The position numbers and the translations under genes are program-made. The notes beneath the pieces are model-generated. The model worked only from the letters and a program-made list of their open reading frames with translations, was not told where the DNA came from and ran no database searches. From the IMG/VR virus record IMGVR_UViG_3300042465_005479: DNA of 64,000 nt; one strand, 5' to 3'. Below, in pieces: positions 10,779-21,526 of the stretch; the stretch's first letter is position 1; every line of letters starts with the position of its first letter. The DNA comes from an uncultured virus (IMG/VR IMGVR_UViG_3300042465_005479). Taxonomy: Duplodnaviria; Heunggongvirae; Uroviricota; Caudoviricetes.

Positions 10779-11705
10779 TTATGGTTTAAACTTATATTGT
10801 TTAACAAAATCAATAGGGTTTGATTTTTTTTCTAAAAAATTATTAACAATACTAATAACATATTTGTGAACAGTGTTATCAATAGATGTGTGAGTTGTAT
10901 TAGGAATATCAACATTAAGGACTTTAGTTATTCGATTATCCTTAAATAAGGACACTCGTCCCCCTGAATTGGTGAAGAAAATCATATTGTCCGACCATTT
11001 AACAGACATAAAGTTTATCACATAACCAACATTATCTTTAATTTGATAATCATAGTTATTATACAATTGGTTAGCACTATCTAAGAAAACAACTAAATCA
11101 ACACCAATTTTTTCTTTATTTAAATTATCCAACACCTGAGCAACATTATACCCACCAATACTATGTCCAATAAGAACAACCTTACCTGTTGGGTTAAATA
11201 GCCTAAAATACTTTACTGTTTTAAAAACCTCTTCGGACGTTAAATTATAGTTGTTTGTTCCAATATATGTAATTACACTTGTCTCTTTAGTTTCGACCTT
11301 ACTTTCAACCAAACCCAAACCATCTAAGTCCCTCGACTTAGAAATGTCAATTTGAACCTCATTAGCCCCTGACACATCCTTGAATGGTCCTAACGAACCT
11401 TCAACAACTATAACTAAATTTTTGGTATTTTTATTAAAATAATCTTGGGGGTGTTGGATTGTTTCTAATTTTCTTCTTTCATTAAAATCGGTAATATCTG
11501 AAGTAATAAAAGAACTAACAATTATTAATAAAAAAATTTGAAATTTTGTTACTTTTTTAGTTACCCTAATTTGATTAAAAAAAATCAAAAAAATAATAAA
11601 AGAACAAATCAATCTGAAGTTAAGATATAATCCCGCAACAAAACATTGAGACCAAGTCCCATTATACCCTTTAATAAAAGTTAAAATATCTGTAATATAA
11701 TCCAT
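10779..11705 (-). CDS. Membrane-anchored alpha/beta-hydrolase (lipase/esterase-like)
   Basis: Nucleophile elbow VVLIGHSIGG, then VFLDS and a C-terminal THTSID; two N-terminal hydrophobic segments. Confidence 0.7.
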   Translation of the reverse strand: MDYITDILTFIKGYNGTWSQCFVAGLYLNFRLICSFIIFLIFFNQIRVTKKVTKFQIFLLIIVSSFITSDITDFNERRKLETIQHPQDYFNKNTKNLVIVVEGSLGPFKDVSGANEVQIDISKSRDLDGLGLVESKVETKETSVITYIGTNNYNLTSEEVFKTVKYFRLFNPTGKVVLIGHSIGGYNVAQVLDNLNKEKIGVDLVVFLDSANQLYNNYDYQIKDNVGYVINFMSVKWSDNMIFFTNSGGRVSLFKDNRITKVLNVDIPNTTHTSIDNTVHKYVISIVNNFLEKKSNPIDFVKQYKFKP

Positions 11706-11736
11706 TTATTAAAAATAGAGAATACCGATTAAATTA

Positions 11737-13575
11737 TCAAGAGAAATTAACCGTTTTTAAATTTTTAACTCTAATGTTTATATCTTTGTTTGCATATTTT
11801 ATTTGGTAAGTTTGGTTTGGTTCCGCAAAGATTGTATCATCAATTAACCCTATCTGATAAGTTGTACTGTCAATATATCGTTGAGATGTTTGAGATGATG
11901 AATACTGTCCACCAACTTTATTAAAGACTTGAATATCGGATAATGAAATTACCCCGTTTTCACTTTGTATTAATCTTCTTAATTCAGAAATATTAACATT
12001 TTCACCCATTTGTCTATTTTCCGGATTAAAATATTCCGAAACAATCGTAATGATTTGAGAAATAACTGTTCCTTGGTTTTGTGTATTATCTAAAACAACA
12101 TCAATATTAAATCCTAAATCAATAACGTTAGCACTTTGTATTGACACATAATCATTTATCATACGATAGTTTGATAAATAATTTGCAACATTATTCTTTA
12201 AAGTGTTTGAAATTACCTCTGTTAGTCTACCTGTTTCATCATACGACAACATTTGGACAATAATTTTATTATTGTTTTCCGTTATTGATACTTTTGCCGG
12301 AGCTCCAAATTGTGAAGGCATTGTTCGGATTATTGAATCGTAATCATTTACGGTTACCGCTCTTTTTTGTGATGAGAAATTATATGAAACTAAATTTCTA
12401 ACTTCTTCAGTTGTTGGGTAATTAGCTCCCCCAATCGCTGCGGTTACGTTTGTACATCTTAATGAATTTACTACAGTTGTGTTAATACTATCTGATGGTC
12501 CGTTCACAAAGAATGATACTGTACCTATTTGAGTAATTGAATTTACACCAATATTACTACCTACACCACCACCAACTCTATATTGTATGAATAGTGTTGT
12601 ATTTGGTTTTAAAGTACTACCTAACGCTAAGTTGTTGGAATACTTATATAGATTTAATTGATAACCATCTCTTGCAAACTCTCTTAACTGTTCGTCCGCA
12701 GATTGTGAACCACCCCCAAAAGTAATTTTTAAAAATCCTTCAGGTGTAAATTCACTAATAAACTTAGTACTTGTTTGAATGTATTTCCCCACTTTAATCC
12801 CCGGAGAATCCGATACTTTTGTTGGGTCTTCTACAAATACTCTATCTTCCGCCAAAGCATCCACTTCATACCATCTATTATCTAACCCTAAGAACTCCTG
12901 AACTGACGGTATATTAGTATACTGTGTACTATCTTTCAACAAAACACTAGTTATACCCAATACATTCTTGTCCGGTAAAAATAATTCATAAAAAGGTCTA
13001 ACATCATTAGGTGTTATTACTTTTTTAAACACTTTTGTTGTTCCATTAACAACAGTTTCTCGTTTAGTAATTGTATAGTTTAATAATTTATTATTTGAAT
13101 CAAAATTAGGTATTTTTAGTCTATTTGGAAAACCTTCACCATTAATAGGTGATGAGAAATCAATATCATATACAGTTTCAAAGACTTGTCCGGCACCATT
13201 AACTTGTGACCCTCTTCTTAGAATACCACAATATCGTAAATCTTCTTTATCCCCAAAAGCAGGAACTGTAATTGAAAAATCAACTAAAGCAACCGATGGT
13301 CTCATACCCGGAACTTTTAATCCATAAGTTTTTGCTATATTAAAAACTGACGACCTTTGTTGAGCATATTGAAGAACTGTCTCTTGAATACTTCTATCAA
13401 TGTTAAATTGTAAGTTATCCGTTACCGCAGCGTTCAAATCTAATAATACAGAAAAAACAGACGCGTCATTGAAGTTTTGAATCGTGTCCGGATAATACGT
13501 TTTAGTGAAGTTAATTAACTCAGTTCTGATTGATTGGAAATCCCTTGTTGTGTAGGAAATTTTCTTGTTTGCCAT
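11737..13575 (-). CDS. Baseplate wedge subunit (T4 gp6-like / baseplate J family)
   Basis: N-terminal YTTRDFQSIRTELINF, YRVGGG..SN, GG...PT.EE.R and QKRAVT.NDY; adjacent to a gp25-like gene. Confidence 0.85.
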   Translation of the reverse strand: MANKKISYTTRDFQSIRTELINFTKTYYPDTIQNFNDASVFSVLLDLNAAVTDNLQFNIDRSIQETVLQYAQQRSSVFNIAKTYGLKVPGMRPSVALVDFSITVPAFGDKEDLRYCGILRRGSQVNGAGQVFETVYDIDFSSPINGEGFPNRLKIPNFDSNNKLLNYTITKRETVVNGTTKVFKKVITPNDVRPFYELFLPDKNVLGITSVLLKDSTQYTNIPSVQEFLGLDNRWYEVDALAEDRVFVEDPTKVSDSPGIKVGKYIQTSTKFISEFTPEGFLKITFGGGSQSADEQLREFARDGYQLNLYKYSNNLALGSTLKPNTTLFIQYRVGGGVGSNIGVNSITQIGTVSFFVNGPSDSINTTVVNSLRCTNVTAAIGGANYPTTEEVRNLVSYNFSSQKRAVTVNDYDSIIRTMPSQFGAPAKVSITENNNKIIVQMLSYDETGRLTEVISNTLKNNVANYLSNYRMINDYVSIQSANVIDLGFNIDVVLDNTQNQGTVISQIITIVSEYFNPENRQMGENVNISELRRLIQSENGVISLSDIQVFNKVGGQYSSSQTSQRYIDSTTYQIGLIDDTIFAEPNQTYQIKYANKDINIRVKNLKTVNFS

Positions 13576-13579
13576 AATT

Positions 13580-14038
13580 TTATATATTAATAATTACAAA
13601 GTCACTACTATTAAACACATCATTGTTGATGGTGTAATCAATCTTAACTTTCGCTGTATGTTCTTTATTCGACATATTTGGTACCCGAAATATTCTCTCA
13701 TCGTTATCATTTATATAACTACCTTTATCTTCACTACCCTCTGAGGCGGCTTGGACACTAATGTTAGTTATTGTTATCCCCGGTAAATAGTTTCCCGCGG
13801 ATTCTCGTATTTCAGATTCTATTTCTGAAAATGTTGGACCATCTAATGGTTCAAAAATAAACTCATATAATCTTGTCCCAAAATCCGGTAAATAATATCT
13901 ACTACCTTTTCTTGTTAATAAAAGGTGTATTAAGTTAGACCTAATCTCTTGGTCATTATAATCTGATAAATCTAAGTATTTCCCATCAAAAGATTCTCTG
14001 AAAGGAAAAGTTAAACCATATGTTGTTCCATCTGCCAT
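13580..14038 (-). CDS. Baseplate wedge protein, gp25/GPW-like
   Basis: IRSNLIHLLLTRKGSRYYLPDFGTRLYEFIFEP is a gp25-type signature. Probable start is the ATG at 14038 (MADGTTYG) rather than 14095. Confidence 0.85.
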   Translation of the reverse strand: MADGTTYGLTFPFRESFDGKYLDLSDYNDQEIRSNLIHLLLTRKGSRYYLPDFGTRLYEFIFEPLDGPTFSEIESEIRESAGNYLPGITITNISVQAASEGSEDKGSYINDNDERIFRVPNMSNKEHTAKVKIDYTINNDVFNSSDFVIINI

Positions 14039-14080
14039 AACTATAAATATAGTGTCGTAATTATTTCTTATAAATAGAGT

Positions 14081-14111
14081 AAAATAAAAAATCACGACCG
14101 AAGTCGTGATT
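14081..14111 (-). terminator. Intrinsic terminator after nrdA with a C(UUCG)G tetraloop
   Basis: Minus strand: AATCACGAC-TTCG-GTCGTGATT followed by a T-rich tract. Confidence 0.85.
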
Positions 14112-14135
14112 ATTGTTATAATTATTTTAATTTAA

Positions 14136-16550
14136 TTAAGAACCACACCCAAAACACTCAAATTCTGTGTCAGTAGGTTTTTGTGTTAAATCTACCGTTG
14201 GTTTTTCAATAGTCTTTGGTTGTTGTACTTTTGTAATATCAACTGCCAAATGTTTTGCCCCGGTTGATATTGCTTTTGTTCTAACATAGTAACAAAGAGT
14301 TTTTAATCCTTTACCCCAAGAATGGAAGTGAGATGATGAAATCTTTGATAATGTTGGTTCAGACATATAGATATTCATCGACTGTGATTGGTCAATAAAT
14401 GGTGCTCTGTCAGCCGCCATATCAATAAGTTCTCTTTGAGATATTTCCCAAATTGTTCTATATTTAGGAATTAAATGTTCAATTCTTTTTACCTTTTTAT
14501 TGTAATTCTTATCTTCCGTGTCCAAATAATGATTAAAGTTAATGTTTTGAACAGAACCTTCATTCATTATGATTTCATTTTTTAAATCCTCACACCAAAC
14601 ACCTAACTTTTCAAAATCGTTAATTAAGTATTTATTAACAATTAAAATTTCTCCCCCAACCACACGACGATTAAATAATGCCGAGTGAGCCGGTTCTGTC
14701 ATTTCAAATGAACCTGTGATTTTAGCCGAAGATGCTACCGGCATCTGAGCCGTAAATAATGAGTTACAAACCCCGTGGTTGGACACCTCTAATTTAAGTG
14801 AGTCCCAATCCCACATTCTACCTAATCCTTCGTAATCTAATCCCCACATATCAAATTGAAATATCCCTTTTGACATTGGTGACCCTTTAAAGAATTTATA
14901 TGGTTTGTATTCACCTGTTTTACATAAGTTCATACTTTCGGTGATTGCAGCAAAATAGATTGTTTCAAAAATTTCTTTGTTTAATTGTTTTGCCTCTTCA
15001 GTCGTGAAGATATAATCCATTAAGAAGAATACGTCAGCAAGACCTTGAGTTCCAATCGCAATCGCTCTTTGTTCTAAACCACCTTTTCTACCTTGTTCAG
15101 TTGAGTAACTATTAATGTCAACAACTTTGTTAAGTGCTCTAACAACCTTTCTAACCTCACTGTAAAGTAACTTGAAATCAAACTCACCTTTAATAATAAA
15201 GTTTTTCAATACCATAGATGATAATGTACAGATTGCTGTGGTGTTTTCATCAGTATATTGGTAAATCTCATTACATAGGTTAGATTGTTTAATCACCCCA
15301 ATGTTTTGATGGTTTGTTTTTCTGTTTGCACTATCTTTAGAACATAAGTAAGGAACTCCGGTTTCAACCTGAGATTCAATAATTTTATTCCAAATTGTCT
15401 GAGCTTTCACTTTCTTACCTAAACCAAGTTCAACCGCTTTGTTGTAGTTTGATTCATACTCATCACCGTAAGCCTCTTGTAATGGTTTAATACCCGCTTT
15501 AACAATGTCGTTAGGGCAGAATAAGTACCAATCATCATTGTTCTTAACCGCGTTCATAAAGTTGTCCGGTAACCAAATTGACGTAAACAAATCTTTTGCT
15601 CTCAACTCCTCAGCACCTGTATTCTTTTTGATTTCAAGTAAGTCCATAATGTCTTTATGCCAAGGTTCTATGTAGATGGCGGCGCTACCCGGTCTTCTAC
15701 CTTGTTGATTAAAGAATCTCAGTCCTTCGTTAACAATCTTTAGGTATTTCAATAAACCACCGGCAAATCCACCTGATGAGTTAATACGACTCTCTTTACT
15801 ACGAATGTTAGACATACATAATCCAATACCTGCAGCATCTGATGAATACGTTGAAATATCATTAAAGGTGTCTAATAAACCTTGTCTTGAATCCCCGTTA
15901 TTGTATTTCAACACACAGGACGCTAATTGAGGTGTTTTAGTTCCCGCATTAATCATAATTGGGGTTGCCGGAGAGATAAGTTGATTTGATAACGAATTGT
16001 AGTATTCAACCGCCTCTTCAAATGATTTAGTAACCCATAAAGCAACTCTCATATACATATGTTGCGGTCTTTCAACAACAACACCTTGTGGAGTCTTCAA
16101 CAAATACATTTCCTGTAATGATTTCCACGCAAAATAATCAAAATTGTAATCATTCTCGTGATTTATTACAGAATCAATATCCCCCCAACCATATTCGTTA
16201 ATAGTATCAATTAATATGTCATTAATAACTCCATCCTCGTGTAAACGTTTCATAGTATTACAGAAACTTTCGTCAGTTTCTTTATGATACGCAGAAATAG
16301 CCACCGAAGAAGCCAATCTTGAATAATCGTGATGACTACCGGTATAAGCCGCAGCAATCTCGTAAACCAATTTATCTAACTCTTTTGTGGTAATCACACC
16401 TTCAGTCGGAACAGAAGTAATCACCTTAATGAATACCTCATCAGCATTAACGTTTAACCCTTTAGCAGCTCTTTTTACTCGACTGTATATTTTTTGGGGG
16501 TTAAACGACACCTCGTCACCCCCTCTTTTTTTTATCTTTAATGACATCAT
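14136..16550 (-). CDS. nrdA: Ribonucleoside-diphosphate reductase class Ia, alpha subunit with ATP cone
   Basis: N-terminal ATP cone (IKKRGG...FNPQKI), QLASC, SNLCNEI, AICTL, YYVRT and a C-terminal CFGC. Confidence 0.95.
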   Translation of the reverse strand: MMSLKIKKRGGDEVSFNPQKIYSRVKRAAKGLNVNADEVFIKVITSVPTEGVITTKELDKLVYEIAAAYTGSHHDYSRLASSVAISAYHKETDESFCNTMKRLHEDGVINDILIDTINEYGWGDIDSVINHENDYNFDYFAWKSLQEMYLLKTPQGVVVERPQHMYMRVALWVTKSFEEAVEYYNSLSNQLISPATPIMINAGTKTPQLASCVLKYNNGDSRQGLLDTFNDISTYSSDAAGIGLCMSNIRSKESRINSSGGFAGGLLKYLKIVNEGLRFFNQQGRRPGSAAIYIEPWHKDIMDLLEIKKNTGAEELRAKDLFTSIWLPDNFMNAVKNNDDWYLFCPNDIVKAGIKPLQEAYGDEYESNYNKAVELGLGKKVKAQTIWNKIIESQVETGVPYLCSKDSANRKTNHQNIGVIKQSNLCNEIYQYTDENTTAICTLSSMVLKNFIIKGEFDFKLLYSEVRKVVRALNKVVDINSYSTEQGRKGGLEQRAIAIGTQGLADVFFLMDYIFTTEEAKQLNKEIFETIYFAAITESMNLCKTGEYKPYKFFKGSPMSKGIFQFDMWGLDYEGLGRMWDWDSLKLEVSNHGVCNSLFTAQMPVASSAKITGSFEMTEPAHSALFNRRVVGGEILIVNKYLINDFEKLGVWCEDLKNEIIMNEGSVQNINFNHYLDTEDKNYNKKVKRIEHLIPKYRTIWEISQRELIDMAADRAPFIDQSQSMNIYMSEPTLSKISSSHFHSWGKGLKTLCYYVRTKAISTGAKHLAVDITKVQQPKTIEKPTVDLTQKPTDTEFECFGCGS

Positions 16551-16553
16551 ATT

Positions 16554-17504
16554 TTAAAAATCTTCTGTAAATGTTAATGACTCACCTAATTTCGCCTTTT
16601 GGTATTCCATAGTTCTTGACTCAAAGAAATTACCCTTTGTCTCGACAGCTATTTGTTCCATAAATTTGAATGGTTGTTCCACATTAAAATGTTTCTTACA
16701 TCCAAACTTAACTAATAGTCCGTCAGTTACAAATTCAAGATATTGTTTCATCAAATTTGAATTCATACCTATTAAAGATACAGGTAATGACTCAGTAATA
16801 AACTCTTTTTCAATCTCTAACGCAGATAATAAAATTTCTTTAATTCTTTTCTCTGTTGGTTTGTTCTCAACGTGATTGTTAATCAAATGGATAGCAAAAT
16901 CACAGTGTAAGTTTTCATCTTTAAAAATAAGACTATTAGCGTTACACAATCCTTGCATAATTCCTCTTGATTTCATCCAAAAGATAGAACAGAATGAACC
17001 GGAGAAGAATATACCTTCAACCGCCGCAAACGCCACTAATCTTTCTTGAAATGAAGAGTTTTCAATCCAATCAAGAGCCCATTTAGCTTTCTTTTGAACG
17101 GCAGGTAATCTGTCAATTGCGTGAAAACATTCATCCTTTTCTTTCTCGTCAGATACGTAAGTATCAATCAATAATGAATACATTAATGAGTGAATGTTCT
17201 CCATCATAATTTGGAATCCGTAGAAGAACTTTGCTTCAGCATATTGAACTTCTTTTAAGAAATTCTCAGCCAAGTTTTCATTAACAATACCATCAGACGC
17301 CGCAAAGAACGCTAATACATTTTTAAGGAAGAACCTCTCATTATCAGATAGATTTTCCCAATCTCTAATATCGTTAGATAAATCCACTTCTTCTGCCGTC
17401 CAAAACGCGGCTTGGTGTTGTTTATAAAATTCCCATATATCGTTATGTTCTATAGGGAAGATAACGAATCGGTCATTATTCGGTTCTAATATTTTTTCTT
17501 TCAT
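16554..17504 (-). CDS. nrdB: Ribonucleoside-diphosphate reductase class Ia, beta subunit
   Basis: [45 protein letters not shown] and [10 protein letters not shown]. Confidence 0.95.
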   Translation of the reverse strand: MKEKILEPNNDRFVIFPIEHNDIWEFYKQHQAAFWTAEEVDLSNDIRDWENLSDNERFFLKNVLAFFAASDGIVNENLAENFLKEVQYAEAKFFYGFQIMMENIHSLMYSLLIDTYVSDEKEKDECFHAIDRLPAVQKKAKWALDWIENSSFQERLVAFAAVEGIFFSGSFCSIFWMKSRGIMQGLCNANSLIFKDENLHCDFAIHLINNHVENKPTEKRIKEILLSALEIEKEFITESLPVSLIGMNSNLMKQYLEFVTDGLLVKFGCKKHFNVEQPFKFMEQIAVETKGNFFESRTMEYQKAKLGESLTFTEDF

Positions 17505-17510
17505 TTTAAA

Positions 17511-18893
17511 TTAATTTTGTTGTTGGTTTTTTTCTTTTCTCTTGTCTAACAAGTCTTTGATTCTTTGTCTATTTCTTTCTTCGGTTTGTTCTTCTAATCC
17601 TAAGAATGTTACTGAACTTTCAGTATCAATCTCCAACATACCATTGTCAAATTTACAATTCTCAAAGACAACACCATCATCACCAATCCGTGATTTAGTA
17701 ATTGCGATTGTTGCTAATTTCATTTCTTTTTGTTGTAAAGATTTAGCCACGGAAATGATTACGTGTCCAACCTGTGCTTTTTTAATAGACCCACCCATTT
17801 GGTCGGTTGTAACAACATCAGACGATATTGAACTTCTATTACCCTGAGTCGCTGTCCATCCTACCAAATCAAGTTCGTGACACATAGATTCAAAACCTCT
17901 CATCACAGACCCTTCAGATTTCCATTCATCCCCCAAGTTTTTATCCGGTACCACACAGTCAATGTAGTCCAATAATACCATATCAATTTTGATTCCTTCT
18001 GAAATCATTTTTCTGATTTGATTCTTAATCTGCATCATTGTTACAGTATCGGATGGAAGTTTTTTAAGTATCAATTCATTAGGCATTTTTTCCTTAATTT
18101 CTTGAACTTTAGTTATTACTTCATCTTTTCTAATAGACAATTCATCCGGATGGATTTTTGTCCATAATGTAATGTGTTTACGTTGAATAATCTTTGGGTT
18201 ATCCTCAAAGAATATTTGTAACACATTATATCCCAAATTAAATGCGTGATTTGAGATTTTTGTAAGTAAAGTAGATTTACCTACACCTGTTGGTGCTAAA
18301 ATAACACCGATTTCACCTTTAGCCAACCCTCCTTTTAAGAGTCTATCTATCCCCGGAATACCCATTGGTATCGGATGACGATAATCCTCGTTTAGAACAT
18401 CATCTAAATTGCTGAAAACACTTTCCGTTCCCTTATCGTGTTCCCCAACCTGAAGAGCTTTACTCACCATCTCTTCTAATGTGTCGTAACTCTCAAATTC
18501 ACCAGTGTCGATGATTTTTTGAGCTTTAACCATTACTTTCTGTAACTCCTGTTGTTTACAGAACTTCATCGATTTTTCTTGCACAAACTCAGCCCCTTCA
18601 AGCGTAGACTCCTTAACTTTTGTAAGGGTATCAATAATTATTTTTGCTGCTAGAGGTTGTTGTATCTCAGATTTTGTAATTTGTTCTAATGTGTCAAAGG
18701 TTGGTGTGTGTTCGTATTTTGTATAATACTCCTTAATCATTTGGATGATTAATTTGAAATATTTATTCTCAAAATAACTTGTTTCAATCACATCTATAAT
18801 TGACCGTGAAAAGTCTTTGTCGATAATGATTTGGTTTAGTAATTGTATCTGAAAGGTGCTACCTAGATACTCGAAATTTTTGTTTGACGCCAT
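17511..18893 (-). CDS. Replicative DNA helicase (DnaB / T4 gp41-like)
   Basis: Walker A APTGVGKST, LLDYID, WTATQGNR and KSR.G (SF4 motifs). Confidence 0.9.
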   Translation of the reverse strand: MASNKNFEYLGSTFQIQLLNQIIIDKDFSRSIIDVIETSYFENKYFKLIIQMIKEYYTKYEHTPTFDTLEQITKSEIQQPLAAKIIIDTLTKVKESTLEGAEFVQEKSMKFCKQQELQKVMVKAQKIIDTGEFESYDTLEEMVSKALQVGEHDKGTESVFSNLDDVLNEDYRHPIPMGIPGIDRLLKGGLAKGEIGVILAPTGVGKSTLLTKISNHAFNLGYNVLQIFFEDNPKIIQRKHITLWTKIHPDELSIRKDEVITKVQEIKEKMPNELILKKLPSDTVTMMQIKNQIRKMISEGIKIDMVLLDYIDCVVPDKNLGDEWKSEGSVMRGFESMCHELDLVGWTATQGNRSSISSDVVTTDQMGGSIKKAQVGHVIISVAKSLQQKEMKLATIAITKSRIGDDGVVFENCKFDNGMLEIDTESSVTFLGLEEQTEERNRQRIKDLLDKRKEKNQQQN

Positions 18894-18923
18894 ATATTTT
18901 TTCTTTTAGTGTAATAATAAATA

Positions 18924-19376
18924 CTACACACTTAGGGTAACATCTAGATATTTTTTTGTTAAATTTTTAGATGAAAAGATGTCAGTCAAGTTCATCAATA
19001 GGTTTTTTAGGTGTGGGCGTACATCCACAGTATATCTTATCTTTGGAGGGTATACTTTTGCGTCCACCTGTCTATGACAAATTGTCACATCATTTTGTTT
19101 GATGAAGATGTTAAAGTACTCCGGACCGTCCGTATTAGACGTTTCCAAAATAGCCGGATTGTTAATAATTTCGTACAGATTATCCGTCATATACGTTACG
19201 GTTTTCAACGACAATTGTTTTTGAATGTCGTCTTTAAATTCACGAAGTAATTCGTAAAGTTCCAAAGAGTTTTTACCCTCATTATTGAACTCTCTCACGT
19301 TAAAAAATCTTTGCACAATGATGTTATCATTTACCATCATTAAGAATTCTAATTTTACCGATTCTTGGTCTTTCAT
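18924..19376 (-). CDS. Hypothetical protein in the replication operon
   Basis: 150-aa ORF between the exonuclease and helicase genes. Confidence 0.6.
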   Translation of the reverse strand: MKDQESVKLEFLMMVNDNIIVQRFFNVREFNNEGKNSLELYELLREFKDDIQKQLSLKTVTYMTDNLYEIINNPAILETSNTDGPEYFNIFIKQNDVTICHRQVDAKVYPPKIRYTVDVRPHLKNLLMNLTDIFSSKNLTKKYLDVTLSV

Positions 19377-19384
19377 AGCTTTAG

Positions 19385-20389
19385 TTAATTGTTTTTATAA
19401 TTTCTTTTTTCTTTTCTTGTTAATTTCATAAAGGGTCTAACAAAATTCACCCAAGCATCATCCCCCTTTGGTAGATACTTAAAAAACCCGTCTTCCATCA
19501 TCATCTTAATAAGTCCTCTATGACCCCTACCATCAGGGTCTAAAGTTTCTTTATAATACAATTCAACAAGTTCTTTAGCATCATCAGTAATTAATGGGTT
19601 TGATAAGTTTATGATTTTTTCATTTATCACAAAAAATTCATCACCATAAACACCACTTTTAGTTTTACCGGATAAAAGATTTTGTAATGTCTTATTATCT
19701 TTATTCTCCTTTAGTAGAGTTTCTGCCTTTTCTAAAATATCGGTGATTGAAACCGGTTTTTCAAGTAGCTCAGGAAAAAACTTTATAAGTGTTTTCTCCC
19801 CCAACCCTGAAATACCATCAATATTATCCGATTTATCTCCCGATAAAATTTTATAAGTTCTAATGTTTTGATGCGGAAATTCGTAAAAATCACATTTGAT
19901 TTTACTTCCAACGTGATAAGTTTGTTTGGTTCTCGGATAAAACACCGATACCTTATCCGAGATTAATTGGGTAAGGTCTTTATCCCCCGAATAGATGGTC
20001 TTTTGTTCGTTCTCCGAGATTTGGCAGTAGTAAGCAATCAAATCATCTGCTTCGTTATTATCTACGTTGATTTGTCTTATATAACAGTCCTCCAAGTATT
20101 GTTTGATTCTTTCTTTCTGCTCAGTGAAAGAATCTAACTTATACTCGTTGTCTCTGTCTCTACGTTGTTCTTTATATTGGGGATAAATAAGTTTTCGAGT
20201 CGAAGAGTTATCATCACCGTCCCACATAACAACAACCTTATCAAAGTCTTGTTCGTCTATGAAACGTCTAATGGTATTCACAAAGTGCCATAAGGCACCT
20301 ATGTGTTTTCCATTGTGATAATAATCTTTAACCCCGTGGAATCCAATCTTTACTAAATTGTTTCCGTCAACCAAAAGTGTTTTAGTCAC
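19385..20389 (-). CDS. 5'-3' exonuclease / flap endonuclease (T4 RNase H or PolA N-terminal-like)
   Basis: LLVDGNN, YK..R, EADDLIA, SGDKDLTQL and GDKSDNIDGISGLGEKT; GTG start. Confidence 0.9.
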   Translation of the reverse strand: MTKTLLVDGNNLVKIGFHGVKDYYHNGKHIGALWHFVNTIRRFIDEQDFDKVVVMWDGDDNSSTRKLIYPQYKEQRRDRDNEYKLDSFTEQKERIKQYLEDCYIRQINVDNNEADDLIAYYCQISENEQKTIYSGDKDLTQLISDKVSVFYPRTKQTYHVGSKIKCDFYEFPHQNIRTYKILSGDKSDNIDGISGLGEKTLIKFFPELLEKPVSITDILEKAETLLKENKDNKTLQNLLSGKTKSGVYGDEFFVINEKIINLSNPLITDDAKELVELYYKETLDPDGRGHRGLIKMMMEDGFFKYLPKGDDAWVNFVRPFMKLTRKEKRNYKNN

Positions 20390-20411
20390 TTGTTTTTGTT
20401 TGTATTCGTTA

Positions 20412-21431
20412 CTACTCTTTTTCTTCTACCTCTTTTTCTTCTACCTCTTTCAAATCGTAATCACCATCTGTTCCGATGATATTCTTCCAATATTCAGAGT
20501 ATTCTTTTTTGTATTTCTCAATAGACGCTTTTTCTTCGGTAGTTTCTTTACCTGCCAAGAATCCGTGAGGTGTTACAATAATCTTACCATCTTCATAACC
20601 CAATCCGTTGATGTGGTTTTTCATTACTGAGATTTTAGTTCTCACAGCAAATTTGATAGTTCTTTTATCTTTAGTCGCGGTAATCTTTGTTGTTCCCGCA
20701 CCTTTTTCATTCCCGAAACGGAAAACTAATGAGGAGTTCAACCAAATCGCCTCACCACCTTTAGCCTTAATTTTAGGTTGTCCAAATGGATTATCCGGAA
20801 GTTCAACCCAAGGTTGGTTAACAATAACCAAAGTATTCTCATATTTAGAATCCGCTTTACGACTTCCCGATATTCTTTGATTGATACCCATACCAATTTT
20901 GTCAGCCAACGCCGCCGCGTTATGTTGTTTACCACCTTTACCTTCAAAAGTCATTTTACAAGGAACTGAACCAACAGAATCCCATAAGAACAATAAACTA
21001 TAATCTAATTCACCTTTCTCTTGAGCGTCAAGTAAACTATTAATGTAATCTGTAATTTGTTCTATATAACTAAAGTTATTATTGAAGATGTAGAACCCGT
21101 CCCATTCTAATTCACCCGTTTCTTCATCAACCATTTCTTCACAATCAAAACCCATAAGTTTTGCGTGTTCAAATGACCACTTTTGTTCGGTAATAATGAA
21201 TACCGGTAATATTTGTTTTTTCTGAGCATCAACAGCACATTTCACCAACGCAGTTGTTTTACCTGTATCTGAGTGACCCAAGAACATATTTAAGTGTCCT
21301 ATAGCCGGTCCCGGAATACCAACAGCATCCAAAAAGTCAGGACCTAAGTCGAAAAACCTTTGTGGTTTGTATTTTGCAGATGTCGAGAATTTGTCCTTAA
21401 TGGACTTAAAATCGTGTTTTTTAATCGCCAT
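20412..21431 (-). CDS. RecA/UvsX-like recombinase
   Basis: Walker A GHSDTGKTT, Walker B LFLWDSVG, VIVNQ, KGG.A and KNH. Confidence 0.85.
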   Translation of the reverse strand: MAIKKHDFKSIKDKFSTSAKYKPQRFFDLGPDFLDAVGIPGPAIGHLNMFLGHSDTGKTTALVKCAVDAQKKQILPVFIITEQKWSFEHAKLMGFDCEEMVDEETGELEWDGFYIFNNNFSYIEQITDYINSLLDAQEKGELDYSLLFLWDSVGSVPCKMTFEGKGGKQHNAAALADKIGMGINQRISGSRKADSKYENTLVIVNQPWVELPDNPFGQPKIKAKGGEAIWLNSSLVFRFGNEKGAGTTKITATKDKRTIKFAVRTKISVMKNHINGLGYEDGKIIVTPHGFLAGKETTEEKASIEKYKKEYSEYWKNIIGTDGDYDLKEVEEKEVEEKE

Positions 21432-21526
21432 ATGTCTAAGTTAAATTAATTTTTTGAGTTTTTTTAGACAAGTTGGACACTAATTATGTCTTAGTGTCCA
21501 AGTTATTTGTCCAAGTTTTTTTTTGA

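Noticed and set aside
14136..17504. Eukaryotic giant-virus origin, suggested by the eukaryote-like RNR, SNF2, PolB and GT60
   Set aside because: Sheath, tube, baseplate and neck genes, coupled operons and intrinsic terminators identify a tailed bacteriophage.
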